In this document: positions 56,881 through 64,000 of the stretch, piece by piece
Numbering within the stretch: the stretch's first letter is position 1
Layout: each line of letters opens with the position of its first letter
Assembly: GCA_965203055.1 (NCBI GenBank)
Contig: OZ241863.1
Coordinates: 1,824,001-1,888,000, forward strand
From: Spirochaetia bacterium
GTDB lineage: Bacteria > Spirochaetota > Spirochaetia > SZUA-6 > Bin103
Direction of reading: 5' to 3'
Length of the DNA stretch: 64,000 nucleotides
Translations under genes and position numbers: made by a program
Notes under the pieces: generated by a model
Seen by the model: only the letters and a program-made list of their open reading frames with translations
What the model was told of the DNA's origin: nothing
Database searches by the model: none

Positions 56881-58304
56881 ACGCCGCCCGCCCCAACATC
56901 ATCTTCCTGCATACCGATCAACACACCTGGGACGCCGTATCCGCCTACGGCAACCGCTACGTGGCGACGCCCAACATCGACCGCCTGCAACGCCGCGGCC
57001 TCTCCTTCATGCGCGCCTATTGCACCGATCCGGTGTGCGCTCCGGCGCGCAGCAGTTGGATGACCGGCCGCTACTCCTCCGAGACCGGCGTGCCGTTCAA
57101 CGGCGGCGTGTTGCATGACGACCTTCCCGACCTGGGGCAGCATCTCAACGCGCACGGCTTTCCCGCCTACCACAGCGGCAAGTGGCACGTCACCGGCCGC
57201 GACGTCACCTCCAGCTTCCGCACCCTGTACTTCGGCCGGCGCCGCATCGGCGCCGGCGGCGGCGAGTACTACGACGGCGCCATCACCCGCTCGGTGGTGG
57301 AGTTCCTCACCGGACGCCGCAGCCGCGAGCCGTTCTTCCTGCAGATCGGCATGGTCAATCCGCACGACGTGTGCGAGTACGGACACAACTTCGAGGAGAA
57401 GCTGATTCCCGATCCGGTGGCGCAAGGGATTCTGAACGCCGAGGAACTGCCACCGCTGCCGGCCAACTTCCACTACGACGAGCCGGAGACCATGACCCAT
57501 CGGGTGGTGCGGCGCGACGATAACTGCCTGGTGCATTGGCCAATCCTGCGCCGCACGCGGAGCTGGTCGGAGCTGCAGTGGCGCTATCTGGCGTGGAATC
57601 TGTACCGCTTCGTGGAGAAGGTGGATGCCGAGATCGGCCTGGTGCTGGCCGCGCTGGAGGCCTCCGGCCACGCCGACGACACCCTGATCCTGTTTACCGC
57701 CGACCACGGCGAGGCCGCCGGCCAGCACCGGATGTTCCAGAAGTTCACCCTGTACGAGGAGAGCGCGCGGGTGCCGTTCATCGCCGCCTGCCTCGGCGAC
57801 GGCGTGACGCTTCCCACGGGCGGCTACGACCGCGAGCACTTCATCTCCGGCGTGGACGTGTTTCCCACCGTGTGCGACTACGCCGGCATAGCGCCGCCGC
57901 CCGGCCTGCCGGGGCGCAGCATCCGCCCGCTGCTGGAGGGCGCTGCCACCGCCTGGCGCGAGCACGGGCTGATCGAGAGCAACTACTGGGCGCGGGCCAT
58001 TGTCACCGCGCGCTACAAGTACGTCACCGAATACCGCCCGCGCGCGGCGGAGGATTTTCTGGCGCCCGGACCCGACGACGCGGAGCGCGGTCTGGAGCAG
58101 CTCTTCGATCTGCGCGAGGATCCGGGCGAGACCCGCAACCTGGCCGGCGCTGCCGCGCAGGCCGGGGTGATCGCCGACTGCCGGCGGCGCCTGGCGGAGA
58201 GCGAGCGCGCGCTGCGGCGGCGCCCGCTGCGCCCCGGCGCGCCGCGCGCCATGGTCGAGCACTGGGGCGAACGGCTGCGCCGGCGCTGGCGGCAGGCTGC
58301 TTGA
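56877..58304 (+). CDS. Sulfatase-like hydrolase
   Basis: RPNIIFLHTDQ, CAPAR (CxPxR), GKWH, NPHD, TADHGE and FDLREDPGE motifs. Confidence 0.92.
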   Translation: MNAARPNIIFLHTDQHTWDAVSAYGNRYVATPNIDRLQRRGLSFMRAYCTDPVCAPARSSWMTGRYSSETGVPFNGGVLHDDLPDLGQHLNAHGFPAYHSGKWHVTGRDVTSSFRTLYFGRRRIGAGGGEYYDGAITRSVVEFLTGRRSREPFFLQIGMVNPHDVCEYGHNFEEKLIPDPVAQGILNAEELPPLPANFHYDEPETMTHRVVRRDDNCLVHWPILRRTRSWSELQWRYLAWNLYRFVEKVDAEIGLVLAALEASGHADDTLILFTADHGEAAGQHRMFQKFTLYEESARVPFIAACLGDGVTLPTGGYDREHFISGVDVFPTVCDYAGIAPPPGLPGRSIRPLLEGAATAWREHGLIESNYWARAIVTARYKYVTEYRPRAAEDFLAPGPDDAERGLEQLFDLREDPGETRNLAGAAAQAGVIADCRRRLAESERALRRRPLRPGAPRAMVEHWGERLRRRWRQAA

Positions 58305-58574
58305 TCCCACCGCGGCGCGCGGCGCGCGGCGCCGGCCGCCGGCGTAGCGCCGCGCGCTGAACGCGGCCACCCCGCGCCGCGGATCGCCGCCCTCGACGCC
58401 GCGCTGGAGCGAGCCGGCGTCCGCAGCGTCATCGACCCGGCGCTCCGCGAGTCGCCGCTGCTGGCGGCTGGTCTGGAGCAGCTCGCGCGGCGGGCGGCCG
58501 CGGCCCGCCCGCTGCCGGCGCGCGTCTGCTGGAGCCGAATCCACTACCGGCAGCACTTTCGCCCGGCTGCCGCC

Positions 58575-59885
58575 TTGCGCGAGTTGCGCCGCGCTGACGG
58601 CAGGCGCGCGTATGAACTGACCGTGGACCTCGGCCAGACCGCCTCGCCGGCGCACCTGGAGTGCGAACTGCAGCGCGCGCTCGACGGCCCGCGGCCCGCC
58701 CCGGGCGCCGCCATCGGCCCGTTCGCCGGCGCCGGCCGCAGTCCGGCGTGGCTGTTCAACGCCGCCTTCTGGCGTCACCTGCCTCGCTTCATGCAGGCGC
58801 TCGGACGCGACTTCCGCGACTCCATCGCCGGCTCCCCCGACACCGACCGCGCGCTGACCGAGGACGATGCCCGGCGCTTCATCGCCCGGCTGCGCGCCGC
58901 TGCCGGGCGCGGCGCTCCCCTCGCCTACCTCGACGTCGGAGCCGCCGGCACCGAGCACGCCGCGGCCATGATCGGCTACCTGGCAGCGGCGAACGCCGGC
59001 CCGGTGGAGTACCTGCTCGGCGACATTTCACCCGCGGCGCTGGCCCGGGCGCGGCAGCGGCTGGGAGAGCGCCGCGCGCAGGTGACGGTGCGCTACGTGC
59101 GTCTCGATTTGCAGCAGCCCGGCGCGCCGCTCGCCGGCTACCGCGGCCGCATCCTCACCGCGCACCTCACCAACGTGCTCGACAACCTCCCCGGCGAGCA
59201 GGTGGCGCAGGCGGATGGCCGCCGCTACCTGCTGCGCACGCAACTCTATCTGCCGGCGGCCGCGTTGCGGCAGCTCGCCGCCGACTATGGCCTCCGGGCG
59301 GAGCGGCTGGCCGCCGACCTGGCGGCCATTCCCGCCACCGGGGTGGACCGGTTCCTGGCGGCATACCGGCCGCTTGTGGCCGGCGGCGAGCGCCGCCTGA
59401 TGCGGTTCTGGCACAATCTGTACGGCAACCCGGCGGCGCGCGGGACCGGGCTCAAGCTGCGCGAACGGCTGGTGGAAATCCCCGACCTGGCGCGCTTCGC
59501 GCCGTGGCCGCCGGACACGCCCGGGCGGCAACGCCTGACGCATCCTGGCGCAGTGATCGGGGAAGTGCTGGAACGCGCCGGTAGCGACGTGTGGCTACAC
59601 CTGTCGGAGCGGGCGATGCACGGCTGCCTGCAGCTTCTCGCGCTGCTGCATCCCGCCGGCGTGTTGGAGATTACCGACATTCTGCTGCGGGAAGCCGCGG
59701 CGCACTACGCGTCCTACCGCGGGCCGGCTAAGTTCGACGGCTCGGTGGTGGAGTGGTTCAACGGCGCCCTGTTCCAGGCGTTCGCGCGGCGCGCGTTTCC
59801 CGGCTGTCGCTGCCGCTCCCGGCCGCTCACCGCCGCCGGCAAGCCGCACATGACGCGGTTGGAGGTGGGACCGGGCGGCGGCTGA
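58575..59885 (+). CDS. Putative SAM-dependent methyltransferase-like protein (start uncertain; frame open from 58305)
   Basis: YLDVGA, YLLGDIS, NVLDNLP and LLHPAGVL motifs. Confidence 0.6.
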   Translation: MRELRRADGRRAYELTVDLGQTASPAHLECELQRALDGPRPAPGAAIGPFAGAGRSPAWLFNAAFWRHLPRFMQALGRDFRDSIAGSPDTDRALTEDDARRFIARLRAAAGRGAPLAYLDVGAAGTEHAAAMIGYLAAANAGPVEYLLGDISPAALARARQRLGERRAQVTVRYVRLDLQQPGAPLAGYRGRILTAHLTNVLDNLPGEQVAQADGRRYLLRTQLYLPAAALRQLAADYGLRAERLAADLAAIPATGVDRFLAAYRPLVAGGERRLMRFWHNLYGNPAARGTGLKLRERLVEIPDLARFAPWPPDTPGRQRLTHPGAVIGEVLERAGSDVWLHLSERAMHGCLQLLALLHPAGVLEITDILLREAAAHYASYRGPAKFDGSVVEWFNGALFQAFARRAFPGCRCRSRPLTAAGKPHMTRLEVGPGGG

Positions 59886-59892
59886 CCGGCGC

Positions 59893-60933
59893 TCAGGCGC
59901 CGCCGAGGGTGATCTGCGCCTTCACGCTGGCGGCCGGCATGGCGTCCGCGAACCGGAACGCGGCCACGGCGTCGGCGAAGGGAAACGTATCGGTGATCAG
60001 GGGGCGGACGTCGATGCGGCCACTTTCCAGCAGCGCCAGCGCGCGGGGATAGGCGTGGGCGTAGCGGAACACGGTCTCCACGCGCGCCTCCTTGACCTGC
60101 GCCGCCACCACGTCGAAGGCGACCGGCGCGCCCGGCATGCCTACCAGTACCACGCAGCCGCCGGGCCGGAGCGGTTCCAGCACCTCGGCCGCCGCCGCGG
60201 CGCTGCCGCTGCACTCGAACACCAAGTCGGCGCCCCAGCCGCCGGTGAGCGAGCGGGCCGCCTCCGCCGGCGAGTCGCGCCCCACCTGCAGCGGCACGAT
60301 CGGCCCCAGGGAGGCGGCCAACTGCAGCTTGGCGGCTACCAGGTCCGCGATCACCACCCGGCTGCAGCCGCCGGCGAGGGCGGCCAGCGCCGTTACCATG
60401 CCGATCGGTCCGGCCCCGATCACCACCGCCACGTCGCCCGGTACGATGCGCGCCTTGGCCGCGGCGTGCATGCCGACCGCCAGCGGCTCCACCATCGCCG
60501 CTTCGGCGAAGCCGAGCCGGCCCGGGAGCTTGAACGTGAACGCCGCCGGATGAACCACCTCGGGGCGCAGCACGCCGTGAACCGGCGGCGTGGCCCAGAA
60601 GCGGACCGCCGGATCGAGGTTGTAACGCCCCAGGCGCGCCGCGCGGCTGTCCGGGTCGGGAATGCCCGGCTCCATGGTCACGCGGTCGCCCGCCCGCAGG
60701 TGGGTTACCGCGCTGCCGGCCTCCAGCACCGTGCCGGCGGCCTCGTGGCCCAGTATCAGCGGTTCCCGCACCACGAACGGCCCAATGCGGCCGTGCCGGT
60801 AGTAGTGAACGTCGCTGCCGCAGATGCCCACCGTGTGGACCGCCACCCGCACGTCGCGCGGCCCCAGCCGCTCCGGCACCGCGATGTCGCGCAGCGCGAG
60901 CTGCCGCTTCCGCTCCAGGACCAGCGCCTGCAT
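59893..60933 (-). CDS. Zn-dependent polyol (xylitol/sorbitol-type) dehydrogenase
   Basis: GICGSD, GHE, EPLAVG, GAGPIG and FRYA motifs. Confidence 0.9.
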   Translation of the reverse strand: MQALVLERKRQLALRDIAVPERLGPRDVRVAVHTVGICGSDVHYYRHGRIGPFVVREPLILGHEAAGTVLEAGSAVTHLRAGDRVTMEPGIPDPDSRAARLGRYNLDPAVRFWATPPVHGVLRPEVVHPAAFTFKLPGRLGFAEAAMVEPLAVGMHAAAKARIVPGDVAVVIGAGPIGMVTALAALAGGCSRVVIADLVAAKLQLAASLGPIVPLQVGRDSPAEAARSLTGGWGADLVFECSGSAAAAAEVLEPLRPGGCVVLVGMPGAPVAFDVVAAQVKEARVETVFRYAHAYPRALALLESGRIDVRPLITDTFPFADAVAAFRFADAMPAASVKAQITLGGA

Positions 60934-61080
60934 CGCCTCCTCCCCGGCCGGAATGGTCGCACGCCCCGCGCGCCGCTGCCAACCGCCGCCCCGGCCGCCG
61001 GCGCGGCCCGTCCCGCCCCCAGCCCGCCCGCGGAGCGGCAGGCTTGCGCGGCACGGCGATTCCCGCGCACAGTCCGGCGC

Positions 61081-61941
61081 ATGCAAGTCACCGTCTTTGG
61101 CGGCTCCGGGCGCATCGGGCGCCACGTCGTGGCCGAGCTGATCGCCGGCGGCCACACCGTGCTCAACGCCGACCGCCGGCCGCCGCCGCACGTCACCTGG
61201 CTCTACGACCAGTCCGGCGCCGAACTGTACGTGGACACCGACCTGACGCGCCTGGGGGACGTGGTATCGGTCCTGCGCGGCGCCGACGGAGCGATCCAAC
61301 TGGCGGCGATTCCCAACCCGACGGGACAGGTTCCGGGCCGCCTGTTCCACACCAACATGATGGCTGACTTCAACGTGCTGGAGGCGGCCGAACTGCTGGG
61401 CGTTCCGAAGCTGGTGCTGGCCTCGTCCATCAACGCGCTGGGCGCCAGCTTCAACCAGCGCGTGGTGGCGCCGAGCTACTTCCCGCTGGACGAGGAACAC
61501 GAGACCCGCTGCGAGGAGGTCTACTCGATCACCAAGTGGCTGGGCGAAGAGCTGGCCGCGGCCTGTGCCCGCCGCCGCCGGGTGCAGATCGCCAGCCTGC
61601 GCTTTACCTGGGTGATGGACGAGGCGCTGCGCGCCCGGGCGCGGGCAGATGTCGATTCGCAGGCGCAGCGGGAGCGCAGCGCCAAGGGCTTCTGGTCATG
61701 GGTGGACGTGCGCGACGTGGCCCGCGCCTGCCGCCGGGCGTTGGAGGCCGAGTGGACCGGCCACGAACGGTTCTGGATCAACGCCGCCGACACCTTCCTG
61801 GACCTCCCCACGGCGCAGGCGCTGGCGCAGTGGTACCCGGGCGTACCCCTGCGCATACCGCTGGACGGGCATTCCGCCGTCTTCAGCATCGCCAAGGCCA
61901 ACCGCCTCCTGGGCTGGCAACCCACCCACACCTGGCACTGA
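61081..61941 (+). CDS. NAD-dependent epimerase/dehydratase
   Basis: GGSGRIG, ASS, YSITK and VDVRDVA motifs. Confidence 0.88.
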   Translation: MQVTVFGGSGRIGRHVVAELIAGGHTVLNADRRPPPHVTWLYDQSGAELYVDTDLTRLGDVVSVLRGADGAIQLAAIPNPTGQVPGRLFHTNMMADFNVLEAAELLGVPKLVLASSINALGASFNQRVVAPSYFPLDEEHETRCEEVYSITKWLGEELAAACARRRRVQIASLRFTWVMDEALRARARADVDSQAQRERSAKGFWSWVDVRDVARACRRALEAEWTGHERFWINAADTFLDLPTAQALAQWYPGVPLRIPLDGHSAVFSIAKANRLLGWQPTHTWH

Positions 61942-61979
61942 AATCTGCCGGAGCGCGGCGGGCGTAGCGACCTCTCGAT

Positions 61980-62744
61980 TTACCGGCCGCGGCGGGCGTT
62001 GGCGGTAAACTGGGCGGCGCCGGTCTGCAGCCAGCCCTTGGTGGCGGTGAGGACCAGGCGCACGCCCAGGTCGACGTAGCGGGCGGCGTCGTCATTGGAC
62101 GTCAGGGTGCCCGCCACCCGTCCCGCGGCCACGATGCGGCGGATCGAATCCTCGATCTTGTCCCGCACCTCGGGGTGGCCGGGGTCGCCGATGTGGCCCA
62201 TGGAGGCCGCGTAGTCGTTCTGCGCCACGAAGAACACGTCGATCTGCTCCACCTCCAGGATCTGGTCCAGGTTGGCGTAGGCGGCGATGTCCTCGATCAA
62301 CACGATGAGGCAGGTCTCGGCGTTGGCTTGGCGGAGGTAGTCGTCCACGCCGTAGTACTGGCGGCTGGTGTACAGGCCGCGTTGTCCGAGCGGGGCGAAC
62401 TTGCCGCCGGCTACCACGTTCTCCGCCTCGGCGCGGGTGTTGACGTGCGGCACCACCACCGCCTGGGCGCCGCGGTCGAGGGTACGGTAGATCAGCCCCT
62501 GGTGGTTGTGGTTGACGCGCACCACCGAGGTGAGGTCCCAGAGGTCGCAGGCGCGGGTGAGGTTGCCCAGCTCGGCGGCGTCCACCGGGCCATGCTCGCC
62601 CTCCAGCCAGATGCCGTCCACGCCGGCGCCGGCGGCGATCGGTCCGAAGGCGTCGATGTCGTCGGGGTGGGTGATGCCGGTGACCACGGTGGCCACCTGG
62701 CCCGCCGCCAGCCGCTGCTTGATGCGATTCTTGCGTAGGTCCAT
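61980..62744 (-). CDS. HpcH/HpaI aldolase family protein
   Basis: WLEGEHG, LDRGAQAVVVPHV, PLGQRG and LIE motifs. Confidence 0.88.
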   Translation of the reverse strand: MDLRKNRIKQRLAAGQVATVVTGITHPDDIDAFGPIAAGAGVDGIWLEGEHGPVDAAELGNLTRACDLWDLTSVVRVNHNHQGLIYRTLDRGAQAVVVPHVNTRAEAENVVAGGKFAPLGQRGLYTSRQYYGVDDYLRQANAETCLIVLIEDIAAYANLDQILEVEQIDVFFVAQNDYAASMGHIGDPGHPEVRDKIEDSIRRIVAAGRVAGTLTSNDDAARYVDLGVRLVLTATKGWLQTGAAQFTANARRGR

Positions 62745-62837
62745 CGGCAGGACGGTACCCCGCGGCTGCGGTCAGGTAAAGGGACGCCGGCCGATAGCGG
62801 CCGGCGGTGGCCGGCGGTGTGCTATCATCGCGGCCAA

Positions 62838-63677
62838 ATGGACCGACGCTTGGTGATCAACCGCCGGAACTGGAACGACCGCGTGCCGGTGCACGCCGCC
62901 TCCGAGTTCTACGACGTGGCCGGCTTCAAGGCCGGCCGCATCTCGCTCAACGCGATCGAACGGGAGGAAATAGGCCCGGTAGCCGGCAAGAGCGTGCTCC
63001 ACCTGCAGTGCCACTTCGGCATGGACACCATGTCGTGGACCCGACTCGGCGCCCGCGCCACCGGCGTCGACTTCTCCGATGCCGCCATCGACTTGGCGCG
63101 CGAGCTGAGCGCCGAGCTGAAGCTCGATACGCGCTTCATCCATAGCAACGTATACGACCTGCCGCAGGTGCTGCGCGAGCAGTTCGACGTCGTGTACACC
63201 GCCTCCGGGGTGCTGGTGTGGCTGCCGGACCTCACCGCCTGGGCCAAGGTCGCCGCCGGCTTCGTCAAGCCCGGCGGCACGTTCTACCTGCTCGACGGCC
63301 ATCCGCTGTGCCAGGTCTTCGCCGATGACGACAACCCGGACGCCTCCGATCTGCAGGTGCGCAATCCCTACTTCCCCGATCCCGCCGGCACCTTCTACGG
63401 CGGCGACGGCTACAGCTACGCCGGGGACGAGACCATCCCCTCCCCCAGCTACGAGTGGCAGCACAGCATGGCGGAGATTGTGAACGCGCTGCTGGCGGCC
63501 GGGCTGCGCCTCCAGTTCCTCCGCGAGTTTCCCTTCAGCAACTACCGGGCGCTGCCGGGTATGGTGCGCAGCGGCGACGGCTGGTGGCGGCTGCCGGAGC
63601 GCAACGACTCGATCCCGAAGCTGTTCTCGCTGCGCGCCGCCAAGCCCGCCGGCGAACGGGAGGCAGACGATGAGTGA
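62838..63677 (+). CDS. Class I SAM-dependent methyltransferase
   Basis: VLHLQCHFG, GVDFS, FDVVY and KPGG motifs. Confidence 0.88.
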   Translation: MDRRLVINRRNWNDRVPVHAASEFYDVAGFKAGRISLNAIEREEIGPVAGKSVLHLQCHFGMDTMSWTRLGARATGVDFSDAAIDLARELSAELKLDTRFIHSNVYDLPQVLREQFDVVYTASGVLVWLPDLTAWAKVAAGFVKPGGTFYLLDGHPLCQVFADDDNPDASDLQVRNPYFPDPAGTFYGGDGYSYAGDETIPSPSYEWQHSMAEIVNALLAAGLRLQFLREFPFSNYRALPGMVRSGDGWWRLPERNDSIPKLFSLRAAKPAGEREADDE

Positions 63678-64000
63678 CCAGGCGGTACGCGAGCACGCGG
63701 CGACCCTGCTGGCCGGCCGCGGGGCGCACGTTCCCTTCGAGCAGGCGGTGGCCGGAGTCCCGGAGCATCTGCGCGGCGAGGTCCCAGAGGGCGCCGCCTC
63801 CTCCCTGTGGCAGCAGCTCGAACATCTGCGCCTCGCGCAGTGGGACATCCTGGAGTTCAGCCGCGACCCCCGCCACGTGTCGCCCGAGTATCCCGGCGGC
63901 TACTGGCCCGCCGCCGCGGCGCCGCCGGACGGCGCCTGGCAGCGAAGCGTCGACGCGTTCCTGGCCGACCGCGAGGCGATGATCCGGTTGATCTCGGACC
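63670..64000 (+). CDS. DinB-family protein (partial, runs off the window)
   Basis: MSDQAVREH...AHVPF...SLWQQLEHLRLAQWDILEF...GYWP. Not listed in the ORF track because it has no stop in the window. Confidence 0.8.
   Translation, partial: MSDQAVREHAATLLAGRGAHVPFEQAVAGVPEHLRGEVPEGAASSLWQQLEHLRLAQWDILEFSRDPRHVSPEYPGGYWPAAAAPPDGAWQRSVDAFLADREAMIRLISD

Noticed and set aside
1..64000. tRNA, rRNA, integrase or prophage genes
   Set aside because: None were recognised.

Overview
High-GC bacterial chromosomal window. The host may be a spirochaete, a weak inference from the 'PLFAAGEEE' signal peptide of the solute-binding protein. Ordinary transport and metabolic genes flank an accessory region at about 22-56 kb. 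Its centre is a type I-G (I-U) CRISPR-Cas locus: csb1, csb2, cas3 with C-terminal HD, a short ~299-aa Cas8-position gene, unfused cas4, cas1 and cas2. The array has 81 repeats of 37 bp and 80 spacers by hand count, and is split by a 3.25-kb IS21 element that carries a passenger gene and is inserted 4 nt into a repeat. Two IS256 copies each have their own 9-bp target-site duplication (TSD). One disrupts an M30-like metallopeptidase lipoprotein. The other is nested in an IS1380 element, which itself splits an internally deleted HEPN-like gene. Other notable items: a single-chain MNT-HEPN fusion, a YchF-like protein without a P-loop, a lipoprotein with 14 GSGY repeats preceded by a 20-nt homopolymer that could phase-vary it, and two paralogous membrane-anchored coiled-coil proteins with different repeat cores. 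All calls come from reading motifs by eye; no database searches were run.
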